From a virus: a stretch of DNA of 64,000 nucleotides. How positions within the stretch are numbered: position 1 is the first letter of the stretch; every line of letters starts with the position of its first letter. Positions 35,844 to 47,500 of the stretch are shown piece by piece. Made by a program: the position numbers and the translations under genes. The notes beneath the pieces were generated by a model that saw nothing but the letters and a program-made list of their open reading frames with translations, did no database searches and was not told the DNA's origin. The stretch lies in UHGV virus genome UHGV-0060833; one strand, 5' to 3'.

Positions 35844-36065
35844 ATGGGATATTCAGCTGCTAAAGTGTCCACTCATATTGAGCTTGAGAAAAACCGTGGT
35901 TACTGGCGGGCAAAAGGGTTTGATCGTGATAGTTGTCAACTGTCATTATCGCGCGGTGAAGAGAAAATAGAACGCACGCGCGGTCGCTGGCGTTTCTATG
36001 ACGAGAACCATAAACAGGTAAAGGCAGAGCCGATCCTGTACACTTTACTTAAAACCATTATCTGA
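35844..36065 (+). CDS. Small basic protein encoded between loxP and cre
   Basis: GAGGTG RBS 6 nt before ATG; 73 aa; stop 8 nt before cre ATG. Confidence 0.4.
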   Translation: MGYSAAKVSTHIELEKNRGYWRAKGFDRDSCQLSLSRGEEKIERTRGRWRFYDENHKQVKAEPILYTLLKTII

Positions 36066-36072
36066 GTGTTAA

Positions 36073-37104
36073 ATGTCCAATTTACTGACCGTACACCAAA
36101 ATTTGCCTGCATTACCGGTCGATGCAACGAGTGATGAGGTTCGCAAGAACCTGATGGACATGTTCAGGGATCGCCAGGCGTTTTCTGAGCATACCTGGAA
36201 AATGCTTCTGTCCGTTTGCCGGTCGTGGGCGGCATGGTGCAAGTTGAATAACCGGAAATGGTTTCCCGCAGAACCTGAAGATGTTCGCGATTATCTTCTA
36301 TATCTTCAGGCGCGCGGTCTGGCAGTAAAAACTATCCAGCAACATTTGGGCCAGCTAAACATGCTTCATCGTCGGTCCGGGCTGCCACGACCAAGTGACA
36401 GCAATGCTGTTTCACTGGTCATGCGGCGGATCCGAAAAGAAAACGTTGATGCCGGTGAACGTGCAAAACAGGCACTGGCGTTCGAACGCACTGATTTCGA
36501 CCAGGTTCGTTCACTCATAGAAAATAGCGATCGCTGCCAGGATATACGTAATCTGGCATTTCTGGGGATTGCTTATAACACCCTGTTACGTATAGCCGAA
36601 ATTGCCAGGATCAGGGTCAAAGATATCTCACGTACTGACGGTGGGAGAATGTTAATCCATATTGGCAGAACGAAAACGCTGGTTAGCACCGCAGGTGTAG
36701 AGAAGGCACTTAGCCTGGGGGTAACTAAACTGGTCGAGCGATGGATTTCTGTCTCTGGTGTAGCTGAGGATCCGAATAACTACCTGTTTTGCCGCGTCAG
36801 AAAAAATGGTGTTGCCTCGCCATCATCCACCAGCCAGCTATCAACTCGCGCCCTGGAAGGGATTTTTGAAGCAACTCACCGATTGATTTACGGAGCTAAG
36901 GATGACTCTGGCCAGAGGTACCTGGCCTGGTCTGGACACAGTGCCCGTGTCGGAGCCGCGCGAGATATGGCCCGCGCCGGAGTTTCAATACCGGAGATCA
37001 TGCAAGCTGGTGGCTGGACCAACGTAAATATTGTCATGAACTATATCCGTAACCTGGATAGTGAAACAGGGGCAATGGTGCGCCTGCTGGAAGATGGCGA
37101 TTAG
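36073..37104 (+). CDS. cre: Cre tyrosine recombinase
   Basis: 343 aa, MSNLLTVHQNLPALPVDATSDEVRKNLMDMFRDRQAFSEHTWKMLLSVCRSWAAWCKLNNRKWFPAEPEDVRDYLLYLQARGLAVKTIQQHL..., recognised as Cre. Confidence 0.97.
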   Translation: MSNLLTVHQNLPALPVDATSDEVRKNLMDMFRDRQAFSEHTWKMLLSVCRSWAAWCKLNNRKWFPAEPEDVRDYLLYLQARGLAVKTIQQHLGQLNMLHRRSGLPRPSDSNAVSLVMRRIRKENVDAGERAKQALAFERTDFDQVRSLIENSDRCQDIRNLAFLGIAYNTLLRIAEIARIRVKDISRTDGGRMLIHIGRTKTLVSTAGVEKALSLGVTKLVERWISVSGVAEDPNNYLFCRVRKNGVASPSSTSQLSTRALEGIFEATHRLIYGAKDDSGQRYLAWSGHSARVGAARDMARAGVSIPEIMQAGGWTNVNIVMNYIRNLDSETGAMVRLLEDGD

Positions 37105-37121
37105 CCATTAACGCGTAAATG

Positions 37122-37138
37122 ATTGCTCTAATTCTTTG
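37122..37138 (+). promoter_or_regulatory. C1 operator-like site between cre and cra
   Basis: ATTGCTCTAATTCTTTG. Confidence 0.55.
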
Positions 37139-37154
37139 ATATTTATGGCGACAT

Positions 37155-37466
37155 ATGAGAAAGAATTTCAACATCGACGGAAAATATGTAGTGCTGTCAG
37201 TGAGCACTAATATTCAGTCGCCAGCCGTCATTGTCACTGTAAAGCTGAGCGATAGAATGCCTGATATTGACTCAATATCCGTTGCGTTCCCTGTCAGAAG
37301 TATGCGTAGTGCTGAACATTTCGTGATGAATGCCACCGAGGAAGAAGCACGGCGCGGTTTTGCTAAAGTGATGTCTGAGTTTGGCGAATTTTTGGGGCAC
37401 GTTGACAAAGCCCTCTCAATCAGTTCAGCAAGGTCCAAAGCATTAACAGCTTCCATGATGAAATAA
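37155..37466 (+). CDS. Hypothetical protein downstream of cre (P1 cra position)
   Basis: 103-aa ORF; name by position only. Confidence 0.5.
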   Translation: MRKNFNIDGKYVVLSVSTNIQSPAVIVTVKLSDRMPDIDSISVAFPVRSMRSAEHFVMNATEEEARRGFAKVMSEFGEFLGHVDKALSISSARSKALTASMMK

Positions 37467-37470
37467 AAAA

Positions 37471-37491
37471 AGCCTGGCAAGGAGCCAGGCT
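37471..37491 (-). terminator. Hairpin with U-run only in minus orientation
   Basis: AGCCTGGC-AAGGA-GCCAGGCT preceded on plus strand by AAAAAAA. Confidence 0.4.
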
Positions 37492-37597
37492 GCACAAAAG
37501 AGCGGGTTTGTATTCCGCATCCAATCAATCAAGAAGGAGTATAGCACACAGGTACTGAAGTGAAAAAATGTGATTCGCGATAAACAAAATATCTACC

Positions 37598-37627
37598 ATT
37601 GCTCTAATTGATTGCTATAATTGAGCC
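37598..37627 (+). promoter_or_regulatory. Two overlapping C1 operator-like sites upstream of ref
   Basis: ATTGCTCTAATTGATTG (37598-37614) overlapping ATTGCTATAATTGAGCC (37611-37627). Confidence 0.7.
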
Positions 37628-37712
37628 GCAGTTTTTGTCAACTACGAAGACGTTGCCATTACTTAACTCCTTGACATCATTGGCGTCCATCAGGCCGCCT
37701 TTTTTTTGCCAT

Positions 37713-38273
37713 ATGAAAACAATCGAACAAAAAATTGAACAGCACCGTAAGTGGCAGAAGGCAGCCAGAGAACGAGCGATCGCTCGGCAACGGGAGAAGT
37801 TGGCTGATCCGGCCTGGCGAGAATCTCAATATCAGAAAATGCGGAATACTATCGACCGCCGTATCGCTAAACAGAAAGAGCGCCCACCAGCCAGCAAAAC
37901 GTGGAAAAGCGCGGTAAAAATAAAATCTCGTGGCTTGAAGGGACGAACACCGACGGCGGAGGAGCGGCGCATAGCCAATGCTCTTGGCGCTCTCCCCTGC
38001 ATTGCCTGCTATATGCATGGAGTAATATCTGAAGAGGTGTCTCTGCACCATATCTCCGGTCGTACCGCGCCTGGTTGTCACAAAAAGCAATTGCCACTTT
38101 GTAGATGGCACCACCAGCATGCAGCACCGGCTGAAGTAAGAGAAAAATACCCCTGGCTGGTCCCTGTTCATGCCGATGGTGTGGTTGGAGGCAAGAAAGA
38201 ATTCACCTTGCTGAACAAGTCAGAGATGGAGTTGCTGGCTGACGCCTATGAGATGGCAAACATCATGCACTAA
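37713..38273 (+). CDS. ref: Ref recombination enhancement function (HNH-type endonuclease)
   Basis: 186 aa from MKTIEQKIEQHRKWQKAARERAIARQREKLADP...; Cys/His cluster LPCIACYMHGV...LHHISGRTAPGCHKKQLPLCRWHHQHAAP. Confidence 0.85.
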   Translation: MKTIEQKIEQHRKWQKAARERAIARQREKLADPAWRESQYQKMRNTIDRRIAKQKERPPASKTWKSAVKIKSRGLKGRTPTAEERRIANALGALPCIACYMHGVISEEVSLHHISGRTAPGCHKKQLPLCRWHHQHAAPAEVREKYPWLVPVHADGVVGGKKEFTLLNKSEMELLADAYEMANIMH

Positions 38274-38462
38274 TAAATATATTATTTTTAATCTGAAATA
38301 ATTGACAACTGACAAGTGACTTCAGTCAGAATCATCACATGCCCGGTACGGATGGATCCCTTTTCAAATATTCCATGGACGGCACAGTCTGAGTACCGGG
38401 CGCTACCTTCAGTTGTATTGCTAAGCCGCCGCTGGTGGCTTTTCTTTTTTATAAGGGGCGCT

Positions 38463-39104
38463 ATGGATAAGAAAATATGCGTTGTTTCGATGAGCGTCGG
38501 CAAACCGGCGTCAATGACTGCCGCATGGATCAACAATGAGCTGATAATGGCTGAGCGGACCAGCTACCCTGAACGCCGCCGCGATATGGAACTCCAGCTG
38601 CTGCGCGAATTGCGAGAAAAAGAGGAAAAGGGTTTTATCGTGCTGGTGGAAGAGGAAAACAGCTTTATTACGGGTCGAGTTGGCCAGCGTGTAAGGTTGC
38701 GCGATCCCTTCATGAACGGCAGGCCGGTACTAATTGAAGCAATGCAGATTTACAAGGAGCTGGAACGCCAGAAAGCGATCAAGTTACCGCGCAAAGAATC
38801 CGGCAAATACATCCTCCACCAAAGCATCTTCGATTCCGAACACGACAAAAAAGGCGATGAATTTTTCAACATCAACTGGAGCGAAATAACGACAGAGCAC
38901 GTTCTGTCGTTGTTATGCTGCTTCGCAACGGAATATAACAACGTTGCAAGCGCCGACTACATCAGGGCAATGGCTGGAGAAGTTGAGGCTCGCCAGGAAC
39001 CATCGTTACTAAGCCCTCTGATTAACATAATTCGCGGAACCCAATGTCTAGCCGACAAGCGAGTTCCTCAAGGCTTACTTACCGGCAAAGAAAACTATTT
39101 ATAA
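38463..39104 (+). CDS. Hypothetical protein (P1 mat position)
   Basis: AAGGGG RBS before ATG at 38463; 213 aa; the upstream part of ORF 38316..39104 is probably not translated. Confidence 0.5.
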   Translation: MDKKICVVSMSVGKPASMTAAWINNELIMAERTSYPERRRDMELQLLRELREKEEKGFIVLVEEENSFITGRVGQRVRLRDPFMNGRPVLIEAMQIYKELERQKAIKLPRKESGKYILHQSIFDSEHDKKGDEFFNINWSEITTEHVLSLLCCFATEYNNVASADYIRAMAGEVEARQEPSLLSPLINIIRGTQCLADKRVPQGLLTGKENYL

Positions 39105-39194
39105 TTAATTACGTCAGTAGCCAATAGAGATTTTTGTTGTGGAACAAAAATATATATTTTACAATCTAGTAACTTTGGGTGGGGGATTATTACA

Positions 39195-40235
39195 ATGATG
39201 AATATTAAGCCGCTGAAAATTAGGAACAAGGTCATGAAGCCTCATAAAGCATTATTAAACCCTGACCTAACCGCAAGGAATGTACTTACATACAGTCATT
39301 GGGATTTTGTCGAACTCTGGTTAAAGCGAAACGAAAAAGATGAGGCTCTTTTTTATTGGGAGCAAGCAAAAGTATTTAATCAGGCGGCCAATGGTTTACC
39401 CAACCAATCAGCCCCACTTTTGCACTATTATTCATTCATGAATGCAGTAAAGGCGTTACTTTCATCTCGCAATATAAACTTCAAACAGCATCATGGTGTT
39501 GCTAGGGGTGAAAATGCAGCCCAAATTGATAACTTATCTGATATAAAAGTAAAAATAAAAAATGAGGGTATACTTCCGTCTTTTTCAAAATATATTGACG
39601 GCACCTCTCATGAGGGGGTGTACAATATAAAAAACCTTTTTTCTGGATTGCCATATATTCATCGTACATATTGCCTTACTTATGATGTAACTGATGATAT
39701 ATTTATTCCACTGATCGATGCTGAGTTCGTTTTGAATGAGTCAGACAATAGCCTGTTTTTCACTGCGATTTTATCCAAGGATTTTCGGTTCGACACAGTT
39801 TTCGACATTCTACCGCCAGCGTTCGAATTGTTTGAAAGAGAAAAGTACAAAATAAAATCAGTAGAATCATTACTTGATTATAATGAAAATCAATCGTCCA
39901 ACATGCCGCAATTAACTGAATTTCATAAAAAAATAAGAAGAAATCTTTACTATATCAATGGCGCAGAGACTCTTTGGTATCTCAAACGTAAAAACAATCA
40001 ATCTGAGCATACTTCTGTTTCAATATCGCCATTGGTTATAACCCTAGCAGCTATGCATCGATTAAGTGAGCTATGTCGGTATGACCCACTTAAGCTAAGA
40101 CAGTTACTAAATGAAAAAGAAAACTGGATTATTGCTGAATTTATTCAACAATCTCCGTCACAGTTTATAGATGCAATTTCATCTGAAATTACTGGACACC
40201 AATTTCTTATCCCAAACGTAAGGTCTGCTTCTTAA
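39195..40235 (+). CDS. Cassette gene A: uncharacterised 346-aa protein, lower GC, weak HEPN-like Rx6H motif
   Basis: GGGTGGGGGA RBS; by-eye GC ~37-38% vs backbone mid-40s; no motif confidently recognised (LLHYYSFMNAVKALLSSRNINFKQHHG is HEPN-like at best); occupies the P1 res/mod position. Confidence 0.7.
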   Translation: MMNIKPLKIRNKVMKPHKALLNPDLTARNVLTYSHWDFVELWLKRNEKDEALFYWEQAKVFNQAANGLPNQSAPLLHYYSFMNAVKALLSSRNINFKQHHGVARGENAAQIDNLSDIKVKIKNEGILPSFSKYIDGTSHEGVYNIKNLFSGLPYIHRTYCLTYDVTDDIFIPLIDAEFVLNESDNSLFFTAILSKDFRFDTVFDILPPAFELFEREKYKIKSVESLLDYNENQSSNMPQLTEFHKKIRRNLYYINGAETLWYLKRKNNQSEHTSVSISPLVITLAAMHRLSELCRYDPLKLRQLLNEKENWIIAEFIQQSPSQFIDAISSEITGHQFLIPNVRSAS

Positions 40236-40744
40236 TGAATATATATATCGCATGCGCTTTAACTCATGTTCCAAGGGAAATTTTCCATGAGTACAGTAAT
40301 TGGATTCACAGCCTTGCAAAAGGTCTATCTCAAAATAACAACGTAAAATATGCTTTGATAAATAGTGACCCAGAATTATCAAAGCGCCCTGAAAGTAACA
40401 AATCTAGACTTTGTTACATTTGGGACAGAGATATGGTTGAGAAATCTGATGTAATAATTGCAGAATGTAGTTTTCCATCAACAGGGCTAGGAATAGAGTT
40501 GCAGATTGCTGAACAGAAGAACATTCCTGTAATCATCTGTTATAAAGATTATGGGATAAATAAAACTAAAACCATTGAATACGTGAATCCAGATGAGACT
40601 ACCCATAATCTACAAGTTGGCGAGGGTTTCATTTCTCATATGGTATTAGGACTACCAAACATCCTTGATGTCATATTATGTAAAGATATTGATAACACAT
40701 GCAGGAAGCTAAAAATACTGTTAGATATGATTAACCATAATTAA
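40235..40744 (+). CDS. Cassette gene B: nucleoside 2-deoxyribosyltransferase / DNPH1-like (NDT-fold) protein
   Basis: 169 aa; N-terminal IYIACAL and SDVIIAECSFPSTGLGIELQIAEQKNIPVI match the NDT/Rcl catalytic-Glu block (G-x-G-x-E-L-G-Y-A); ATG overlaps gene A stop (TAATG). Confidence 0.6.
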   Translation: MNIYIACALTHVPREIFHEYSNWIHSLAKGLSQNNNVKYALINSDPELSKRPESNKSRLCYIWDRDMVEKSDVIIAECSFPSTGLGIELQIAEQKNIPVIICYKDYGINKTKTIEYVNPDETTHNLQVGEGFISHMVLGLPNILDVILCKDIDNTCRKLKILLDMINHN

Positions 40745-40802
40745 AAATTAACACCCACTTAAGATGTCTAAACCAGCCCGGTATTAACCGGGCTAGACAA
40801 AC

Positions 40803-41051
40803 TTAATCAGCATTCAGGAGCAATGCATTATCTATGATGATTTGCTCCCATTCTTCGAATGCCCGGTCGCGGACGCCCTGGGGAACGCTGTTAGTTTTGA
40901 AATCGACGACCGTACGCCATTTCCCGTCCGGACGGTACATGCGCAGAGCTTTACTTCCCCCCTCCCTGCGCACCTCAACGTTATGCTTATCAGCAAACTC
41001 TTGTAATGCTCGTAGCGTCCCATGCTTTACTGTGTAGTATCGCTTTTTCAA
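40803..41051 (-). CDS. lxc: Small protein (P1 lxc position)
   Basis: 82-aa ORF, last gene of the darB operon orientation; name by position and size. Confidence 0.5.
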   Translation of the reverse strand: MKKRYYTVKHGTLRALQEFADKHNVEVRREGGSKALRMYRPDGKWRTVVDFKTNSVPQGVRDRAFEEWEQIIIDNALLLNAD

Positions 41052-41488
41052 GTTTTCTCTCCAGCCTGTGCTAAGGCTTCAACTTCCAAATCGTAAGACT
41101 CAAACTCATAGTCCTGGTCGTCAACCTCTTCAGGCACTGGCAGTAAATGCCAGGCTGAGTATATCTGACCATTATCAAAACGCTCCTGGCTGTAGAGCGT
41201 CGCGGCTATGAGCGTCAGCGCCGGGCGGTCATAACGGTAAATTTTGCGAACGTCACGGTCAACGAGACGACCGAAATTACCATAACCGCGCTCCAGTAAT
41301 AATTTTTTAATTTCCGGCCAGTATGGACCATAGCTGCGGTACAGACGGGGATTTTTCAGTAATCGCCCGCGTAGCCCTGACAGGAAGAAATCAACGTATT
41401 CGTCTTCTGTCTTTCCTAACAACGCTGTACGGAGTACCGCCTCAAGATATGTTTTATTCGGTTTTATTGTATCAGATAGTGTGGCCAT
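41048..41488 (-). CDS. ulx: Protein downstream of darB (P1 ulx position)
   Basis: 146-aa ORF overlapping lxc start by 4 nt; name by position. Confidence 0.5.
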   Translation of the reverse strand: MATLSDTIKPNKTYLEAVLRTALLGKTEDEYVDFFLSGLRGRLLKNPRLYRSYGPYWPEIKKLLLERGYGNFGRLVDRDVRKIYRYDRPALTLIAATLYSQERFDNGQIYSAWHLLPVPEEVDDQDYEFESYDLEVEALAQAGEKT

Positions 41489-41521
41489 ATTATGCGACGC
41501 CCGGCGAACCGGGCGCTCCTG

Positions 41522-44500
41522 TTATGCGTATTGTTGGATGACGGCCAGAACGTCCGCCACGTTGTGTTTTGTCTCGATAATCCACCAGTTACCCGGGAAA
41601 TCGCTGTTCTTCGCCTTCGCTGGCAGCCAGCGAGCGCCGAATTTCGCCTTGATTGCGTCTTTCGCACGGAAAAGAACGCCTTTCATGCCTGAGGCTTCCT
41701 GAAGCCCAAATACCTCGCCAGCGGCGAATTTTGGTGCGTACATCATCTTCAGGTCGGCGGTGGATACGTGATAATTCAGACCAAGAGACTGAGCTATGCT
41801 GGTGGCATCACCCTGTATTGATGATAACTCTTCTTGTTTCTCGTTTCTGGCGGCAATTTCTTCCTCCGTGATGTTGCCAAGGGCCAGGTTTATCCGATCA
41901 GCGTCGGCCTGTTTCTCTTCATCGGTGCGCCCGGCAAGAACCGTGTTAATTCTCTGCAATATCTCCACATGATTCTTGCGCATGCTGAGCAATTCCGGCG
42001 TAACCTCGTTAAGATCCACCAGCCCAAGGATGGCAAGGTCGGAAAACATTGATACCAGGTTGTAGGTCATGCGATAGCTGAGTTGGCCATAGGCTGATGG
42101 CAACTGCACCGCATCCATTTGATAGGCATCCATAAATTTAGAGCCGTCGTTTACGACATCCGCAATTGCAGGTGTGATTTTCCCTGTGGTGGCGGCCTCC
42201 CTGATTGCTGTTACCCACGATTGAGTCAGTGCGGCGACTGCATGATTCAGATTGGCTTCCCGTTCTGCTGCGATGCGCGCGTTTGCTGCGTCCATTGCCT
42301 GCTTGATCTCGTCTTTATTGCTGTAAATGCCAATGGTGCCAAACTGTGCTGTGGTGATCTCATAATCTGACGCCCGGAACTCATTGGTACCGAAAATGGC
42401 ATTGGTGACTTCAAGTTCAGAATCCCCGTTACGAGTAGACCCCTGGCTTGTTTTTTCCGGCATTCTGGCGATCGCATCCGCTATTTTCTCCTGAATTGCT
42501 TCAGGGGATAGCGTATCTCCGTATGACGCGATTACATCGCCATAATTGGAGCCAAACAATTCAACCAGGAATGTTTCTGCCGAACGGATCTGGCGGTTAT
42601 TCCCTTCCGACATCATACCAAGCACCCATTTTGCAATTGACGACTTCAGCGCGCCGTCACGGCGATCCGGGTAAACCGCATGCTTCAGTGGGTCCGTATA
42701 GGTACCAACAAAATCAATGCTATAGCCTGACTCTGTAGTCTGAACGCCGTACGAGTCAGTGATTTTGATCATGCCGCGCTGCTGGAAACGGTAGAAATCG
42801 TCACAGGAAATGATGTCGTTAATCCCGGCGATGGAGACGCCACCACTGATTTTCTGCATAACAGCATCTTCATCGGGAGTTACATCCACCTGTTTATCCA
42901 GCGTCTTCACATCCCAGTTACCCGATTTGGTGCCTCTTAAGGTAAAGATGCTCTCCACGTCTGCGCGCTGGCTGTCGAAGTCCAGCGACTTAATGCGAAC
43001 GATATCACCGGCACAATCGTAGTATTGGCCTACACGCCATGAGCGATCGCCGATAACAAGGAACTCATTCGCATGGTTAACCAGATCAGGATCAACATCC
43101 AGAATGCCTTTATTTATTGCATCCTCCACCAGCGGGCGCAGGCGTTTGATATCCGTCGCGGCCTTCTGAGTACGGTTCAATAATTTCTCATAGCGGGAGA
43201 TGGCCTGAGAGATATTAGCCTTGCGCTGAATGGCGCTTTTCAACGACGCGCGATACTGTGCTAACAACATACGGTCTGTGTGATGGACACTCCCCCAGCG
43301 GGCCTTCCAGTCTGCGTTATCCGCTGCCTTGGCCATTGCCGCCTGTTTGAATTTAGCTACCTCGGCGGTGGTCTTTTCAAGTTCCGCTTTGCTTCGCTCT
43401 AATTCAGCGGTAAGTACCTCCACATCCTCGCCAGCTGCGTGCTGCGCCTTGATGTAGTTCTGAAGGTCGATAGTAGCCTGTTCTTTCTGGCGAGCGCGTT
43501 TCGCAGCTTTCGCCTTATCCATTTGAACCTGCATCATTGCCAGACGTTCGCCGTCATCCTTCGCGGTATACATCTGCATTTCGATCATGTCATTGGCGTC
43601 GGCGTTCTCCATTTCTGACTTATCTGAACGGAGGATATCGGAGATCCAGCCTGCTTTACGCTTCAGCGTCTTCAGTCGGTATTCATCGAAAGACCCCTTG
43701 CCGCAGTAGTAGTGAACGCGAACGCTTGCACGGTTGGAACCAACTCGGGCACCGCGACCGTTACGCTGTGCGATACTGGCTGGTGTCCACGGCAACGTCA
43801 GGTGGTGGATATCCGTCGTTCCTCGATGCAGGTTGATACCCACCTCTGCCTTTTTGTTGCAGATGATGATCGGAGTCCGGCCCTCCTGGAAGTCGGCTGC
43901 AATCTTTTCCAGACCGCCCAACGACATTTCATTTTGCTGCGCGATATAGGCGTCATACAGAGCCATTTGCTCGTTGTATTTCGCTATCTGTGCATCTGTT
44001 GGTTCATCCGGTAGCTCTTTCGGCGGTTTAACCGCTTTCAGTTTCTTACCGGTTTTACCTGCCTCGGCAACCGTCTGAGCATTCAGGATCCCCACCTTTG
44101 AAGGTTCAAGGTTTAGAGCATTGCAGATAATGCGCTTGAGCTTCTGGTGCTGCGTTTTTTCATCGGTGAAGATGATTTGCTTACCTTCCGGGAAAAACTC
44201 CTTCAGCGTGGCGATCAGCTTCGCGTATTTGGGCGTAACGGGGTGAGTTACGGTCTGTTCGTCAATGCCAAACCTGGCCAGGCGCTTATTCACTTCCTGC
44301 TCGAACGCTTCCGGAACCTGCAACTGAATAAACTCGCCCTTATCTATCAGGGAGTATTGCGATTGCTGCGTGATTGAATCATCACTGTCGTCGTCTTCGC
44401 TGGTGGCTTGTTTAGGCAAACTGTCCGCCAGCTGCTGCACCGCATCGGCGTACTCCGGCAGGAAACGATAGGTGATCCGGCGATAGTACAGGTCCATGTC

Positions 44501-47500
44501 AGTACATACGCGGTCCATATCCCTGATTATTGAGAAGATCGGACGGGCTTTCTCGTGCTCAATCACGCCGTCTTCATTGACCGAGGTCGTTACGCCATTG
44601 TTGGCTTTGGCCGCCGCTTCCGCCTGCTGACGCAATTCTTCATACGCCGCCAGTTGTTCTTCAGTAAGTGGTGCATCCTGCTGGTGTTCGTCCAGCTCCG
44701 GGATCTCCACGGTATCCTTAACGTCTTCCGCCGTTTTAAGCGTTACCCAGCGATGGAATATACCGCGCAGCGCATCAAGGTTTTCAAAGCCCACCAGCGC
44801 CATTTTTTCTTCAACTTCACCGCTAATTTTCTGTACCGTTTCCAGCCTGGTCTTGCCGAAGAATTTAACGAAGTCATCAGGACCGTAGATCCCCATGTTC
44901 TGCCAGTATTCCTTCGGCAGAACATGAGAAAGCATGTTGTATGCATCGATCGGGGTGTTAACGACTGGCGTTGCAGTCAGGAGAACCGGCCCGCGCCCGC
45001 CATTCTTTTTCATCAGGTACGCGTTTTTAATTGCCATATCTCGCGCCGATTGCGCCACCGCGCTGGTGGGCAGATAGGCCAGCTGTGACGCTTCGCGACC
45101 ATTTTTATAGCTATTGCGGTAGTTGTGGCCTTCGTCAGCAATCACGCTGTCGAAGCCCATATCCTCAAAGTACGGATACTTCTCTGCTTTTTCGGTACCG
45201 GTATCTGAATACTCCGACAATACCCGGCGACGCGCGGCCTCTTTGCGGTGGGAGTCGGAATCCATTGCGCTGGCTACGCGCCCGGCGGCAACGAAGTCAT
45301 AAAGCATATCCTGTGCATGCTCATCTACGGTGTCATCACGTAGCGGAATGCGGGCGTATTGTTCTTTGGTAAACACGACTGCACGGTAATTTGAGTGCGG
45401 GATCGCGTTCATCCGCGCCGTGATAGTGGCTTCATCTGCCAGCTTAAGAGCATCGCGCATAACTGGAGTGCCATCAGTACCAAGAACAGGTTTACCGTTC
45501 TCATCGAGCACCGGCACCTGGCGAATCTGATCGCCATCCATCAGCACATCAAGACCGACGAACAGGTAGTTACTGAATGCCTCTTCACTCAGGAATTCTT
45601 TTGCTTCGTAATACCAGTTTTCCAGCACTGATTTAGGCACTACATACGCAGTACGGGTGGAGCGACCGTTCTCATAGTTGAACGCCTCAAGCGCCAGCGC
45701 GGTCGTGGTTTTACCCAGCCCGGTGCCGAAGCCCAGGATGCCGCGCCCATCTTCGGACAGTCGGCGCACCTCGCTATTCTGGTAATCAAATGGCTGGCGC
45801 TTACCGCTTAATCCCTTCAACCCAAGCGGATCGCCAGAGTGTTCATACGGGATATTGCTATTGAACACATCGTTATATTTGGCAACCAGCTCATCGTAGC
45901 GATCGTGCGTCTTGATCCACTTATTGAACTGGTCCTCAAGCAGTGCCATCTGCTCGCGGTAGCCGTTCGCCGTCGCGCTATCTTTGCCACCGATACGCGC
46001 ACCATTGAGATACTTTTCCAGCTGTGCCGGGAACCCGGTCGCGTTTTCACCTGATTTACGGTCCCACTCGTAGCGGATCTCGCCTGTTTCTTTATCCTTG
46101 CGCTGGACGACACCGTATCGGTGCCCGACGAACAGACCATCACCACCGTGATAGGTGTCAGAAACCATTTCGTCGCCTTCCAGCTGCACTGACTGCACAT
46201 AGCGCAGATCCGGATAGCCGTTTTCCTGCAAAAACTCCAGAATGACGGAGCGGTCGAACCAACGGCTATTGAGCTTAAAGCGGATATTCTCTGCTGGCGT
46301 CTTGATGCGCTTCTCTTCAATCGCTGCCAGCTGATTAAGGACGTTGTTTTTTACTGGACCGTCGGGGAGTGTGGCAAGGAATTCCTGTTTTGGAGCCACT
46401 ATCTCGTTAATGTCGCCGCTGGTGGCGCGGGCAAACGGAACAATCCCGCCATACGGTGAAACCGCAATGCCAGGGGTGCTGGCCAATAAATTAAGCAACT
46501 CGTCATCACTGGCTGGCAGTTCGCCGGTAAACGCAAGGCGGAAATCATCGAGCTGGATTGGATCGCGAGTGAGATCACTGTAGAGATAACGCAGGGTGTC
46601 CTGATAGCTGGTGGAGTCATAACTGGCGCTGGAATCATGCGTAACCAGTTTTCCTGTCAGCTCGTCAGAAATAGTGCCATCCAGCTTAATTGCACCACGG
46701 AAAGCAAACCAGGCGCGCGCACCGCTCCCCGATAATTTCGCTATCGGACCGCGGCCGGGGTTACCAAAACGGTCAATCTCTGCCTGCAAACGGGATACCA
46801 GAGAAAGGCGCTGCTGTTCGATTTGTTCAGCACTATGCCCGGCGGCCTTCATGTCCTGATATTCAATTAACATCCGGCCAATCATCGCCCCGCGATACAA
46901 GCGTTCACGGTATTTTTCAGGCTGGCTGTTAATCCAGTCCACCAGCTGCACCATATCGTCGCTGATTGATGTGGTGTACTTATCGCGGACATTTGCCATC
47001 TGGGTAAATGTCATACCGAGACGGCCTTCTGTTGTAGTCAGGTTACGCTGAAGAGCCTCCCAGCTATCCGCGCCATAACTGGCAACATCAATCTTCAGCT
47101 CCTTCCCGGCATCAGCTTCAATCCAGCGACCACCAGCATATTTTTGCCATACGCCATTAATCAGGCGCATTTCCCCTTCATCAACAACATCTGCGGTCGG
47201 TGACGGTTCAGCCATATCGAGCAAAGACCAGTCGATACGACTTTCGAAACGATGAATCAGCTTCGCTTTAAGAGCCTGGTTATCAATCTGCCCGTCGGCA
47301 CGAACCTCAATACGCCCCTGGAATCCCTTCTCCTGAGTGCCATGAACAAACCGGCGGCCGTCCTTTTCAAACCACTTGCCAGAAATAAACGTTGGCCAAA
47401 GCACATTTGCCGATTCAAGAGTGCCTTCATCCACCAGGGGGATTTTCTCAGCCATCTCCGCCGGATGTTTGCGCATCAGCACCACGTCAACGACCGTACT

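Noticed and set aside
39195-40235. Assigning cassette gene A to a named family (HEPN / Abi_2)
   Set aside because: Only a weak Rx6H-like segment; not enough to name a domain without profile searches.
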